A stretch of 63,052 bases of DNA, counting the filler, from Licmophora abbreviata (Eukaryota), in the NCBI GenBank assembly GCA_900291995.1. It is 12 parts of 12 records of this genome, joined end to end, with 100 filler letters (N's around TTAATTAATTAA, not from the genome) between each part and the next. Parts side by side here need not be neighbours in the genome. Positions count along the whole stretch, not along the records: positions 20,909 to 24,428 come from OLMU01000973.1; positions 24,529 to 34,977 come from OLMU01000976.1; 10 more parts are not named here. One strand, 5' to 3'. Made by a program: the position numbers and the translations under genes. This document shows, one piece after another, positions 21,650 to 32,103 of this stretch (the stretch's first letter is position 1; each line of letters starts with the position of its first letter). The notes beneath the pieces are model-generated. The model was not told the DNA's origin. It was given only the letters and a program-made list of their open reading frames with translations, and searched no databases.

Positions 21650-22840
21650 ATGCTTCTGACGAATGCGACTGTGGCCACCATACAGGGCGACACGGCCTAT
21701 GGTCTGATCGACCGGGCCGCGATCGCACTGAAAAAGGACGTGATCCAATGGGTCGGGCCGATGGATCAGGTGCCCGCCGCGTTTGCGGGGCCGGGTGATG
21801 ATCTGGAAGGACGGCTGGTGACACCGGCGCCGATCGATTGTCACACCCATATCGTGCATGGCGGCAATCGCGCGGGCGAGTTCGAGATGCGCCTTGGCGG
21901 AGCCACCTATGAAGAGATCGCGAAGGCGGGCGGGGGCATCGTATCGACCGTGCGGGCCACACGCGCGGAGGACGAAGACGGGCTTCTGAAAGGCGCGCTG
22001 CGCTTTGCCGATGCGCTGATCGCCGAGGGCGTGTCGGTGATCGAGGTCAAGTCGGGCTATGGTCTGGATATCGAGACCGAGTTGAAGATGCTGCGCGTGG
22101 CGCGGCGGATCGCGGATCTGCGCGCGGTGCGGATCAGAACCTCGTTTCTGGGGGCGCATGCGATCCCCGAGGACATGAAGGACCGGCCAGACACCTATCT
22201 GACGGAGATCTGCCTACCTGCGCTCAAGCAGGCGGCGGCCGAAGGGCTGGTGGATGCGGTGGACGGGTTCTGCGAGCGCATCGCCTTTGACACCGCCCAG
22301 ATCGAGCGGCTGTTCAAGCAGGCGCGTGCCCTTGGCCTGCCAGTCAAGCTTCATGCCGAACAGCTGAGCCATTCGGGTGGCACGCGTCTGGCGGCGCGCC
22401 ATGGTGCGCTGTCGGCGGATCACGTGGAATATGCGACCGATGAGGATGCCGCGGCACTGGCCGAGGCCGGCAGCGTCGCGGTGCTGCTGCCCGGTGCCTT
22501 CTACACGCTGCACGAAACACAAGCGCCGCCCGTGGCGGCGTTTCGCAAGCATGGCGTGCCGATGGCACTGGCCACGGATTGCAACCCCGGCTCGTCGCCG
22601 ATGGCGTCGATCCTGCTGGTGATGAACATGGGCTGTACCCTGTTCGGCCTGACCGCCGAAGAGGCGCTGGCGGGTGTGACGCGCCATGCAGCACAGGCGC
22701 TCGGGCTGGCGGATTGCGGCGTGATCGCCCCCGGCAAGCGCGCCGATCTGGCGGTCTGGGATGCCGAACGACCCGCCGAGCTTCCCTATCGCATCGGGTT
22801 CAACCCGCTACACCGGCGGATCTTCGGGGGTGTGGGATGA
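21650..22840 (+). CDS. hutI: Imidazolonepropionase
   Basis: [42 protein letters not shown] and [12 protein letters not shown]. Confidence 0.96.
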   Translation: MLLTNATVATIQGDTAYGLIDRAAIALKKDVIQWVGPMDQVPAAFAGPGDDLEGRLVTPAPIDCHTHIVHGGNRAGEFEMRLGGATYEEIAKAGGGIVSTVRATRAEDEDGLLKGALRFADALIAEGVSVIEVKSGYGLDIETELKMLRVARRIADLRAVRIRTSFLGAHAIPEDMKDRPDTYLTEICLPALKQAAAEGLVDAVDGFCERIAFDTAQIERLFKQARALGLPVKLHAEQLSHSGGTRLAARHGALSADHVEYATDEDAAALAEAGSVAVLLPGAFYTLHETQAPPVAAFRKHGVPMALATDCNPGSSPMASILLVMNMGCTLFGLTAEEALAGVTRHAAQALGLADCGVIAPGKRADLAVWDAERPAELPYRIGFNPLHRRIFGGVG

Positions 22841-24363
22841 CGGAAACGCTGGTGCCGGGCGCCGTGACGCTGGCGCAACTTAACAGGATCTGGCGCGAGG
22901 GTCTGCCGGCAAGGCTCGATCGTGGCTGCCGGGGGCAGGTCGAGGCGGCGGCAGAGCTTGTGCGCAAGGCTGCCGAGGGTGATGCGGCGGTTTACGGTGT
23001 GAACACCGGTTTCGGGAAGCTTGCCAGCGTGCGCATTCCCGCCGATCAGACCGCGACGCTGCAGCGCAACCTGATCCTGTCGCATTGTTGCGGCGTGGGC
23101 GAGGCGCTGGACCGTGCGACCACCCGGCTGATGATGGTGCTCAAGCTGATTTCGCTTGGTCGCGGTGCATCGGGTGTCGACTGGCGCATGATCGAGATGA
23201 TCGAGGCGATGCTGGACAGCGATGTGACGCCGGTCGTGCCGGATCAGGGATCGGTCGGCGCGTCGGGCGATCTGGCGCCGCTGGCGCATATGGCGGCGGT
23301 GATGATCGGCGAGGGCGAGGCATGGGTCGATGGCGCACGCCTGCATGGGGCCGAGGCGCTGAGGCAGGCGGGGCTGGCGCCCATCGTGCTTGGCCCCAAG
23401 GAGGGGCTGGCGCTGATCAACGGCACACAGTTTTCCACCGCCTGCGCACTGACCGGGCTGTGGGGCGCATGGCGCAATTTGGAGAATTGCATTGTCACGG
23501 CGGCGCTGTCGACCGATGCGATCATGGGATCGACCGCGCCTCTGGTGGGAGAGATCCACGCGCTGCGCGGTCATAAAGGGCAGATCATGGCGGCCCGCGC
23601 ACAACGCGATCTGATGGAGGGCAGCGCGATCCGCGAAAGCCACCGCGACAGCGATACCCGCGTGCAGGATCCCTATTGCATCCGCTGTCAGGCGCAAGTC
23701 AGCGGCGCGGCGCTGGACCTGTTGATCCGGGCGGGAGAGACGCTGGAGATCGAAGCGAATGCGGTGACCGACAACCCGCTGGTTCTGGTTGCGGAGGGGC
23801 GGATCGTCTCGGGCGGGAATTTCCACGCCGAGCCGGTGGGTTTTGCCGCCGATCAGATCGCGCTGGCCATCGCCGAGATCGGCGCCATCGCGCAGCGCCG
23901 GGTGGCGCTGATGGTGGACCCCAACCTGAGTTGCGATCTGCCACCGTTCCTGACACCCGAGCCGGGGCTGAATTCGGGGCTGATGATCGCCGAGGTCACC
24001 ACGGCGGCGCTGATGAGCGAGAACAAGCATCTGGCCAACCCCTGCAGCACCGACAGCACGCCCACGAGCGCCAATCAGGAGGACCATGTGAGCATGGCCG
24101 CCCATGCCGCGCGGCGGCTGGCACGGATGAACGGCAATCTGGGCACGATCCTTGGCGTCGAGGCGATCTGTGGCGCGCAGGGCATCGGCTTTCGTGCGCC
24201 CCTGACCACCAGCCCGCCGCTGCAGCGCGTCATCGCAAGGCTGCGCGAGGCGGTGCCGGCGCTGGAGGCGGACCGCTATCTTGCGCCCGATCTGGCCTCG
24301 GCCGCCGCGTTGATCCGGGACGGCGATCTGATTGCGGCGGCGGGGCTGGAGCTTGTGTCATGA
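22837..24363 (+). CDS. hutH: Histidine ammonia-lyase
   Basis: [17 protein letters not shown], the MIO motif [24 protein letters not shown] and [14 protein letters not shown] overlap with hutI. Confidence 0.97.
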   Translation: MTETLVPGAVTLAQLNRIWREGLPARLDRGCRGQVEAAAELVRKAAEGDAAVYGVNTGFGKLASVRIPADQTATLQRNLILSHCCGVGEALDRATTRLMMVLKLISLGRGASGVDWRMIEMIEAMLDSDVTPVVPDQGSVGASGDLAPLAHMAAVMIGEGEAWVDGARLHGAEALRQAGLAPIVLGPKEGLALINGTQFSTACALTGLWGAWRNLENCIVTAALSTDAIMGSTAPLVGEIHALRGHKGQIMAARAQRDLMEGSAIRESHRDSDTRVQDPYCIRCQAQVSGAALDLLIRAGETLEIEANAVTDNPLVLVAEGRIVSGGNFHAEPVGFAADQIALAIAEIGAIAQRRVALMVDPNLSCDLPPFLTPEPGLNSGLMIAEVTTAALMSENKHLANPCSTDSTPTSANQEDHVSMAAHAARRLARMNGNLGTILGVEAICGAQGIGFRAPLTTSPPLQRVIARLREAVPALEADRYLAPDLASAAALIRDGDLIAAAGLELVS

Positions 24364-24428
24364 GCGGGCCGGTCACAGTCTGGCGGGCGAAGAGAGGGGC
24401 CCTGCCCCTCTTGGCCTGCGGCCAATTC
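24360..24428 (+). CDS. Start of the next hut gene (likely N-formylglutamate deformylase), truncated
   Basis: ATGA overlap with the hutH stop; MSGPVTVW start. Identity is inferred only from gene order. Confidence 0.4.
24393..24428. repeat. Short palindromic (REP-like) element at the contig end
   Basis: Two adjacent hairpins, AGAGGGGC-CCT-GCCCCTCT and TTGGCC-TGC-GGCCAA; the first is related to the hairpin at 35609-35628. Confidence 0.55.
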
Positions 24429-24528
24429 NNNNNNNNNNNNNNNNNNNNNNNNNNNNNNNNNNNNNNNNNNNNTTAATTAATTAANNNNNNNNNNNNNNNN
24501 NNNNNNNNNNNNNNNNNNNNNNNNNNNN

Positions 24529-24834
24529 GTGGTCAGCACGGCCTGCGCAAGCCTGTATAACGACGTGTGGACCGAATACGAGACCAAACACGCGCAGGCG
24601 CTCAGGCAACTTGTCGAGACCGAGGGCGTCATGCCCAAGGCCTTGCCCGAAGAGATCGTCATGGCCATGGGGGCCGCCGCCGCCGAGGTGATCGAGGAGC
24701 TGCGCGCCAACGAGGACGAGCTTGTGGGCCGCATCACCGAAAGCTTCGTGGCCTATCGCGATCTCGTGGGCGGCTACATGACCTATGCGGATAACGGACA
24801 GATGAACGCACGGGCCAAGGTTCTGGGCTACTGA
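24529..24834 (+). CDS. TRAP transporter substrate-binding protein, C-terminal part
   Basis: Open frame from the contig start, directly upstream of DctQ/DctM-type genes; helical DctP-like C-terminus. Confidence 0.7.
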   Translation: MVSTACASLYNDVWTEYETKHAQALRQLVETEGVMPKALPEEIVMAMGAAAAEVIEELRANEDELVGRITESFVAYRDLVGGYMTYADNGQMNARAKVLGY

Positions 24835-24900
24835 TCGTAGCATCGGGCGTCCCGGCTGCGGCGTGATCCGCCGGGGCGCCTGTCAGGGGAAAGGGAGCGC

Positions 24901-25407
24901 ATGGAACATCTGGCCGAGACGCTGGACCGGATCAATCGCGGCGTGGGGCACGTGGTGCGGTGGCTGGCGCTGGCGATGGTTCTGGTGCAATTCGGCGTCG
25001 TGCTGCTGCGCTATGTCTATGGCATCAGCTTCATCGCGCTGAACGAAAGTGTTCTCTACATGCATGCGACGTTGTTCATGCTTGGCGCGGGCTATACCCT
25101 GCTGGTGGACGATCATGTGCGGGTCGATATTTTCCAGGCTCGCGCCAGCCGGCGCGGCAAGGCGGTGATCGACCTTTTGGGCCATGTCGGCCTTCTCATC
25201 CCGTCGATGCTGGCGCTGCTCTACTGGTCCTGGCCATCGGTGCGCAATGCGTGGGCGATTTATGAGGGGGCGCTTTCCGTGGGTGGTATACCGGCGGTCT
25301 TTTTGCTGAAGTCGTTGATCCCCGCGTTTTGCGTGCTGCTGATCGTGCAATCGCTTGCCTGTCTTATGCGCAACATCTTGCGGCTGCATCAGGGGTCGCC
25401 GACGTGA
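24901..25407 (+). CDS. TRAP transporter small permease (DctQ family)
   Basis: Four TM helices; LRY...E...FMLGAGYTL...HVRVDIF motif. Confidence 0.92.
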   Translation: MEHLAETLDRINRGVGHVVRWLALAMVLVQFGVVLLRYVYGISFIALNESVLYMHATLFMLGAGYTLLVDDHVRVDIFQARASRRGKAVIDLLGHVGLLIPSMLALLYWSWPSVRNAWAIYEGALSVGGIPAVFLLKSLIPAFCVLLIVQSLACLMRNILRLHQGSPT

Positions 25408-26957
25408 TCGCCGAGTATCTGGACCTCATCATGTTCGCGGCGCTGATGGGGGCGATCCTGTCAGGTTTTCCGGTGTCCTTCGCCATATCGGGCACGGCGA
25501 TCCTGTTTGCCTATCTGGGATGGGTCACCGGCGTGATGCAGATCAATCTGCTGGGCGCCCTTGGCCAGAGGGTGTTCGGCGTTCTGACCAATGACGTGCT
25601 GATCGCGATCCCGCTCTTTGTGACGATGGGGGTTATTCTGGAGCGGTCGCGCATCGCGGAGGACCTGCTGGTCACGATGGGCCGGGCCTTTGGGCAGCTG
25701 CGCGGCGGTCTTGGCATTTCGGTGATCCTCGTGGGCGCGCTCCTGGCGGCATCGACCGGGATTGTCGGGGCCACGGTGATCGCCATGGGGATGATCGCGC
25801 TGCCCACCATGCTGCGCTCGGGCTATGATCCGAGGCTGGCGGCCGGGCTGGTCTGCACGGCGGGCACACTGGGGCAGATCATCCCGCCCTCGACCCTGTT
25901 GATCATCCTGAGCGACGTGATGTCGAGCGCCTATCAGCAGGCGCAATACGAACAGGGCAAATTCTCGGTCGAGACGATTTCGGTGGGGCAGATCTTTGCC
26001 GGGGCACTGCTGCCGGGGCTGACGCTGGTGGTACTTTACATCCTCTATGTTCTGGCCCGCGGCCTGTTGCGCCCGCAGGACATGCCGCCGGCGCCGTTTT
26101 CCGAGGGACGGCCCGACGCATCGCAGATCATCAGCGCCATACTGCCCCCTGTGGGGTTGATCGTGGCGGTGCTGGGGGCGATCCTTGGCGGGATCGCGAC
26201 CCCGACCGAGGCGGCATCGGTGGGCGCGGTCGGCGCCATCCTGATGGCCGGGATGCGACAGGGCGCAAACAGGCAGCTGATCCTCGCAGGTGTGGCGGCG
26301 CTCGTGATTCTGGCGGTGGCGGCGGGTGTGGCGCCGGTCCGGCTGCAGCGCAGCGATACCGGGCTTGCCGAATGGAGCCTTGGGACGGTTTACGGCCTGC
26401 TGGCGCTGTTGGGGCTGGCCGCGATCGCCGCATCGCTGCGACAGTTGCAGCGGCGCGATGTGCTGGCGGGGGCGGCCACGAGCACGATGACCGTCACCTC
26501 TATGATCTTCGCCACGATCATCATGGCCAGTGTCTTTTCGCTGGTCTTCGTGGGGCTTGGGGGCGAAGAGCGTGTCGCTCATATCCTCGAGTCCATGCCG
26601 GGCGGCGCGACCGGCGCGCTGATCTTCGCGATGGCCATGATCTTCGTGCTGGGGTTCTTTCTGGATTTCGTCGAGATCACCGTGATCCTGCTGCCGCTGA
26701 TCGCGCCAGTGCTGATCCTCATGGGTCATGACCCGGTGTGGCTGGCGGTACTGATCGCCATCAACCTGCAGACCAGTTTCCTGACACCGCCCTTCGGGTT
26801 CTCGCTTTTCTATCTGCGCGGCGCGGCCCCACCCGAGATCACCACGGTGCATATCTATCGTGGGGTTGCGCCGTTCATCGCGCTGCAGGTCCTTGGGCTG
26901 GCCGTGATCTGGGCGATGCCGAAACTGGCGACATGGCTGCCGGACATGGTGTTCTGA
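25404..26957 (+). CDS. TRAP transporter large permease (DctM family)
   Basis: LIAIPLF, GTLGQIIPPS, GIATPTEAA and NLQTSFLTPPFG; GTGA overlap with dctQ. Confidence 0.94.
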   Translation: MIAEYLDLIMFAALMGAILSGFPVSFAISGTAILFAYLGWVTGVMQINLLGALGQRVFGVLTNDVLIAIPLFVTMGVILERSRIAEDLLVTMGRAFGQLRGGLGISVILVGALLAASTGIVGATVIAMGMIALPTMLRSGYDPRLAAGLVCTAGTLGQIIPPSTLLIILSDVMSSAYQQAQYEQGKFSVETISVGQIFAGALLPGLTLVVLYILYVLARGLLRPQDMPPAPFSEGRPDASQIISAILPPVGLIVAVLGAILGGIATPTEAASVGAVGAILMAGMRQGANRQLILAGVAALVILAVAAGVAPVRLQRSDTGLAEWSLGTVYGLLALLGLAAIAASLRQLQRRDVLAGAATSTMTVTSMIFATIIMASVFSLVFVGLGGEERVAHILESMPGGATGALIFAMAMIFVLGFFLDFVEITVILLPLIAPVLILMGHDPVWLAVLIAINLQTSFLTPPFGFSLFYLRGAAPPEITTVHIYRGVAPFIALQVLGLAVIWAMPKLATWLPDMVF

Positions 26958-27000
26958 AGGCGCGGTCCGAACGCCTTGCGGAGGACCGCGCCGCCGGACG

Positions 27001-28287
27001 TCAAAGCGCCTGCGTGGTGTAATCCACCTCGTCGGGATAGAGCGTATCCTCGATCGAAGTGGTATGCACCTTGACCAGTTTGCCGCCTTCGACGCGCGAG
27101 ATGTATTGATGGCCGAACACCTGATGGGTCTTGCCGTTGAAGATCTTGGCGCCCTGCGGATGTTCGCGCGACTGGGGAATCTCGGTCATCGCCTCGACCG
27201 CTTCGATCAGCGCCGGGCGATCCGCCGGGCCGCGATAGCCTGCAGCTTCCATGCCTGCCTTGACGGTATAGAGCGTCTCCCAGCATCCGAACATATGGGC
27301 ATAGGTCGAGATGTCCGACGGATCAGTGACCGAGGCCCCGCGGGCATCCACGCCGACCTGTTCGCGGTAGAACTTGTCATGCTCGGATTGATCGGGCTGT
27401 GCGTGGCGCGGCATGCCTTCCCAGAAATAGGTGCCTTCGAGAAATTCGAGACCGGGACTGTCGATCGCCACCGCTTCGAGACTGTCGATGAAGCCAAACA
27501 TCTCGGGACGGGAAGGGCCGAAAAACTCGCCCAGTTCCTTGACGAATGTCAGAACGGCGGGACCGACCATGACGTGATACACCACCTCGGTCTCGCGGGG
27601 GATCTTGGGGAAATACCGGGTGAACGAGGTTTCAGCCGGGGGGATGGCGATATGTTCGAGCACCTGACCGCCCTGTTCCTCGATCGCGGCGGTGAAGAAA
27701 TCCCGGTGGTCATGGCCGAAAGCGAAATCGGGAAACACCATCGTGACCTTCTTGCCGAGGTTGGAGGCCACGAAAGGCGCCATCGCCTTGACCTGACTTT
27801 TCACGTCGGTGATGCCGGGCTGGAGCGTGTAGCGGTTGAGCATGCCGGAGGCCACGTGATGCCCTTCGGAGACCACAAAATAGGGCAGCTTCAACTCGCC
27901 CGCGCGGGGGGCGGAGCCGATGACGACATGCGAGAACAGCGTGCCGAAGCCGATGTCGCACTTGTGCTGCGTGGCGAATTTCTCGACCACTTCGGCGCCG
28001 CGCTTGGGGTCGGTGCCGTCATCCTCGGCCACGATCTCGACAGGGCGGCCATTGATGCCGCCGGACTCGTTGATGAGTTTGACGGCGGCTTGCGTGGTGC
28101 GGTCATACCAGCGGCCATAGGCGGCGCCGATGCCGGTGCGATGGACCTGAAAGCCGATCCGGATCGGCTCGGCGGTCTGCGCATGGGTGTAACGCGCCCA
28201 GAGAGGCAGGCTTGCTGCGCCGATGGCACCACCCGCAAGCGTGCTGAGCGCCGCGCGGCGCGTCGGTCCTCTTGGGGGTGTCGGCAT
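27001..28287 (-). CDS. Tat-exported ABC-type substrate-binding protein (branched-chain/amide, LivJ-like fold)
   Basis: TRRAAL twin-arginine signal; INESGGINGRPVEIVAEDDGTDP motif; GGAGGA RBS upstream of ATG 28287. Confidence 0.88.
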   Translation of the reverse strand: MPTPPRGPTRRAALSTLAGGAIGAASLPLWARYTHAQTAEPIRIGFQVHRTGIGAAYGRWYDRTTQAAVKLINESGGINGRPVEIVAEDDGTDPKRGAEVVEKFATQHKCDIGFGTLFSHVVIGSAPRAGELKLPYFVVSEGHHVASGMLNRYTLQPGITDVKSQVKAMAPFVASNLGKKVTMVFPDFAFGHDHRDFFTAAIEEQGGQVLEHIAIPPAETSFTRYFPKIPRETEVVYHVMVGPAVLTFVKELGEFFGPSRPEMFGFIDSLEAVAIDSPGLEFLEGTYFWEGMPRHAQPDQSEHDKFYREQVGVDARGASVTDPSDISTYAHMFGCWETLYTVKAGMEAAGYRGPADRPALIEAVEAMTEIPQSREHPQGAKIFNGKTHQVFGHQYISRVEGGKLVKVHTTSIEDTLYPDEVDYTTQAL

Positions 28288-28382
28288 GGTCGGATCCTCC
28301 CGGTCTGGGCATATGGGCGCGGATGGCCACATGCACCCGAGTGTGCGAAGCGAAAGCGGGCTTGTCCAGCCCATTTACCGGG

Positions 28383-29768
28383 TCACATCCCGCGCGGTGA
28401 CGCCAGAAGCCAAAGCCCGAAGACCGTATAGCCGATCATGAACAGCGCCAGCGGCGCCTGCCCCAGAAACGCACGCCATGTGCTGCCATGTCCACGCACC
28501 GCCAGCGCATGGGCCAGCAGGATCGCGATGACATGGCCGATCACCACGGCCCCGGCCTGTGTCAGCCAGATCGCCTTGACGGTGCCCGGGGTATTAAAAA
28601 AGCCGGTGGTCACGAAAAACGGCCCCAACCCCAGAAGATCCGCGCCACGCCCCAGAGGATCGGTCAGCGCCATCAGCACATATTGCCCGTCGACCATCGC
28701 AGCGGTGAGGTAATGGGCCACATGATAGCCAAGAGCGATCGGCAGGATCGTGGGCGCGAAAAGGCAGAAGGCCTCGCGCAAGGGGCGGCCTGTGCCGGCG
28801 ATACGCTCGCCCAGCCACAGACAAAGGGCAAAGACCGCGATCAGGGCCGCATTCGCGATGAGCAGTCCCGCGAGTGTCTGGAAGATGACAGCGGAGCGAC
28901 CGGGAAATTCCAGCGGGTTGAGGCCCAGAAGACCCATCCACCAGAATGTCTCGTTCAGGCCATCGAAGCTGCCGGTACCGAGAAGCGTGACGATGAACAG
29001 CGCCAGCCCCAAGGATACCGGCGGAGCGGTCAGCACCTGCCAGCCCCACAGCCCCACGGCGATGCGCCCGCGCACCCGGCCGACAAGGCCCATGCGCGCA
29101 TAGGCGCGCATCAGGATCGTCAGCGCCTCGCCACGCAACAGCCAACGCGGACCAAAGAGCGTGATCCCCATCAGCGTCACATACCAGTAACCCCCGGCAA
29201 AGATCGCCAGCCTGTGCGGATCGGCAGGCGCGGGATCAGCCAGAAGAAACCCCGCGAAGGCCAGAAAGATCACGATCCCCGGCAGATGCCCAAGCCGCGA
29301 CGGATAGCGCAGCAAGGACCGCGATCCGGTCAGACGCGCGAGGATCGCGGTGGGGCCTGTCCACGGGTTCGTCCAGCGCCAGTGATTGCCAATCAGACCT
29401 TGCAACGACACCAGCCCGATCCACCACACCGTCCAGACAAAGAGCGGCAGCGGATTGACCAGAGGATCGCGCGGCCCGACAAAGCCGCGCCACACCAGAA
29501 ACGCGAGAAACAGCGCCGAGAGGCAGCTTGTCAGGTGGTGGAGCGGAACATTGGGGCGCGGGATCAGCGGCAAGGGCCGAAACAGCCGTGCCGCCACCCA
29601 AGCCGGAAGGGCTGCGAGCAGAGCGACCGTCAGCGCCACGCTGGCCACACCGGCCGAGATGTAGATATCGGTGGGCAGCAACAGCACGAACCCCTGCTCG
29701 GAGGCATGGGCCAAGACAAGGCCGGGCAGCAGCACAAGAGACAGGGCTATGACGATCAGGTTGCGCAT
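28383..29768 (-). CDS. Uncharacterised polytopic membrane protein with His motifs
   Basis: 461 aa, signal peptide ending LA-H, many TM helices, motifs SFDGL, LPIALGYHVAHYL and GHVIAILLAH. Confidence 0.75.
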   Translation of the reverse strand: MRNLIVIALSLVLLPGLVLAHASEQGFVLLLPTDIYISAGVASVALTVALLAALPAWVAARLFRPLPLIPRPNVPLHHLTSCLSALFLAFLVWRGFVGPRDPLVNPLPLFVWTVWWIGLVSLQGLIGNHWRWTNPWTGPTAILARLTGSRSLLRYPSRLGHLPGIVIFLAFAGFLLADPAPADPHRLAIFAGGYWYVTLMGITLFGPRWLLRGEALTILMRAYARMGLVGRVRGRIAVGLWGWQVLTAPPVSLGLALFIVTLLGTGSFDGLNETFWWMGLLGLNPLEFPGRSAVIFQTLAGLLIANAALIAVFALCLWLGERIAGTGRPLREAFCLFAPTILPIALGYHVAHYLTAAMVDGQYVLMALTDPLGRGADLLGLGPFFVTTGFFNTPGTVKAIWLTQAGAVVIGHVIAILLAHALAVRGHGSTWRAFLGQAPLALFMIGYTVFGLWLLASPRGM

Positions 29769-29868
29769 GACAGGTCCGGTGGCGAGATCCTCAGCCTAGA
29801 GGCAAACCTGTGGCGTGCCATGAGATAAATCATCTCAGCCGGTCCGAGGGCGGACCTGCGCACCCGTC

Positions 29869-30729
29869 TCAGGCGCCGCCATCCTGCTCCAGCAAGGCGC
29901 GCAGGCCGGTGCGGTAATCGGGGTGGATCAGGGTGACGCCAAGCTCGTTTTTCATGCGGCTGTTGTCGACACGCTTGGACTCGGCATAGAAACTGCGGGC
30001 CATCGGTGTCATATCGGCCTCGTCAAAGGGGACTTCGGGCGGCAGGGGCAGTCCCAGCAACTCGGCCGCGTGGCCGATCACGTCCTGCGGCGGGGCCGGA
30101 TCGTCGTCGCAGACATTATAGGCCGCGCCGGGATTTGGCCGGTCGATCGAGGCCAGCAGAACCTGCGCGATGTCATCCACATGGATGCGGCTGAACACCT
30201 GACCGGGTTTCACGATGCGCTGCGCGGTACCTTGCCGGACCTTTTCGAACGGGCCGCGACCGGGGCCATAGATGCCCGCCAGCCGGAAGATATGCAACGG
30301 CAAACCGGGAATGGCCTGCCATGCGGCTTCGGCATCCACACGCATCTTGCCGCGCCGGGTCGACGGGGTCAGGGGCGTGTCCTCGGTCACCCAACCGCCC
30401 TGATGATCGCCATAGACGCCGGTGGTCGAAAGATATCCAACCCACTCCAGCCGCGAGGCGAAGGCCGCGATCCGGTCGCCACACTGGTTCAGCACCGGGT
30501 CGCCATCGGCATCGGGACCGGCAGAAATCAGGATATGGGTGGCGCTGTCGAGCGCCTCGGAGAGGTCGCCCCCCGGCCACAAGATCGGGGTCACACCCTC
30601 GGACCTGAGCGCCTCGGCCTTGTCGGGGGAACGGGTGGTGCCATGGATCGTCCAGCCCCGCGCCAGCAGCAGGGGCGACAAGGCGCGGGCCGAAAACCCA
30701 TGGCCGAAGGAAAGAAGTGTCTTGGTCAT
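29869..30729 (-). CDS. NAD-dependent epimerase/atypical SDR family protein
   Basis: FGHGFSA, YLSTTGVYGD, FRLAGIYGPGR and FSRIHVDDIA. Confidence 0.9.
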   Translation of the reverse strand: MTKTLLSFGHGFSARALSPLLLARGWTIHGTTRSPDKAEALRSEGVTPILWPGGDLSEALDSATHILISAGPDADGDPVLNQCGDRIAAFASRLEWVGYLSTTGVYGDHQGGWVTEDTPLTPSTRRGKMRVDAEAAWQAIPGLPLHIFRLAGIYGPGRGPFEKVRQGTAQRIVKPGQVFSRIHVDDIAQVLLASIDRPNPGAAYNVCDDDPAPPQDVIGHAAELLGLPLPPEVPFDEADMTPMARSFYAESKRVDNSRMKNELGVTLIHPDYRTGLRALLEQDGGA

Positions 30730-30862
30730 GCATCATGAATTGGCGATCCCGGCGGCAAAGGCAAGGGGCGGATGGGCGATCTTTCGCGGATCGCGAAACC
30801 GGGGCTGGCGCAGAGGCCGTGCCCGGTGGCACTATGCGGCGCAGGGTCAATCTGGAGTTCCC

Positions 30863-31348
30863 ATGCAGATGTTCAGCCGCCGTTCCGCCCTTGCCATTCT
30901 CTGCGCCACTGCGCTTTCGGGATGCGCCGCGCGCGATGTTCCGGTCACCGCCACACAAGGCCCGACCGAGCCACCGCTTTATCCAAACGAAACGCCCGAG
31001 CTGCGCGCGCTCATCAATGAATATGCCGATCTGAACGGCGTGCCACGGTCCCTCGTGCACCGCCTGGCGATCCGCGAGAGCACCCATCGGCCCTGGGCGC
31101 GCAACGGTCCGTATTACGGACTTCTGCAGATCCTGCCCCAAACCGCACGCACGATGGGGTTTCGCGGCCAGCCCGACGATCTGCTGGATGCGGAAACCAA
31201 CCTGAAATATGCCGTCAGATATCTGCGCGGCGCCTATCTGGTGGCCGATGGCGATCCGGACGCCGCAATCGGCTGGTATGCGCGCGGCTACTATTACGAA
31301 GCCAAGCGCAAGGGGCTGTTGGTGGAAACCGGACTGCGTCCCGCTTAG
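30863..31348 (+). CDS. Lytic transglycosylase (SLT) domain lipoprotein
   Basis: RR signal with lipobox LSGC; IRES, YGLLQI...TAR and LLDAETNLKYAVRYL; GGAG RBS. Confidence 0.88.
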   Translation: MQMFSRRSALAILCATALSGCAARDVPVTATQGPTEPPLYPNETPELRALINEYADLNGVPRSLVHRLAIRESTHRPWARNGPYYGLLQILPQTARTMGFRGQPDDLLDAETNLKYAVRYLRGAYLVADGDPDAAIGWYARGYYYEAKRKGLLVETGLRPA

Positions 31349-32103
31349 GACGCGTAGTCCGAACCTTCGGCATCCAGAATGGCCTTGAGTTCCGAAAGGT
31401 GCTTTTCGGCCTGTCCGGGATAATCCTCAAGCTCGCGCGCGGTCTTTTCTGCCACCTCGTCGGAAAGGATGCGCAGCTTCTGGCCCGTCTGCAGCGCGCG
31501 GATATAGGTCTCGGCGGCGCGTTCGAAATAATAGAGCCGGTTGAACGTGTCGGCCACGCTGTCCCCGATGATCATGACACCGTGATTGCCCATGATCATC
31601 ACCTTCTGCTTGGGGTCCGAGAACAGCGCGGCGCACCGCTCGCCCTCATCCTCGAAGGCCAGCCCGCCATAACCGTCATCGATCACGTAGCGGTTGAAGA
31701 ATGTGGCGCAGTTCTGGTCGATCGGCGGCAAGCGGCTATCGGCCAGGCTGGCCATCACGGTGGCATGGATCGAATGCACATGCATGGCGCAGCGCGCGTG
31801 CGAGCAATGCCGGTGCAGGCCGCCATGCAGCCCCCAGGCGGTGGGATCGGGCGCGCCGGGTCGCGAGAGTGTGTCGGGATCGTTGGCATCCACCTCGATC
31901 AGATCGCTGGCCTTGATCCGGGCGAAATGCATCTGGTTGGGGTTCATCAGGAACCGCGTTCCATCGTCATTGATCGACAGGCTGAAATGATTGGCCACCG
32001 CCTCGTGCATGTTCAGTCGGGCGGTCCAGCGGAAAGCAGCGGCAAGATCGACGCGCTCCTGCCAATGGTCGAGATTCGGGGCAAGCTGCGTGATGGCGGT
32101 CAT
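31345..32103 (-). CDS. Class II aldolase/adducin family protein
   Basis: NHFS, CAMHVHS and MGNHGV metal-binding histidines. Confidence 0.9.
   Translation of the reverse strand: MTAITQLAPNLDHWQERVDLAAAFRWTARLNMHEAVANHFSLSINDDGTRFLMNPNQMHFARIKASDLIEVDANDPDTLSRPGAPDPTAWGLHGGLHRHCSHARCAMHVHSIHATVMASLADSRLPPIDQNCATFFNRYVIDDGYGGLAFEDEGERCAALFSDPKQKVMIMGNHGVMIIGDSVADTFNRLYYFERAAETYIRALQTGQKLRILSDEVAEKTARELEDYPGQAEKHLSELKAILDAEGSDYAS

Noticed and set aside
20809..21650. Horizontal transfer of a bacterial hut operon into the alga
   Set aside because: The junction is an artificial linker, and the downstream DNA is plainly bacterial chromosome (rpsO, pnp, aroC, RBSs, no introns).
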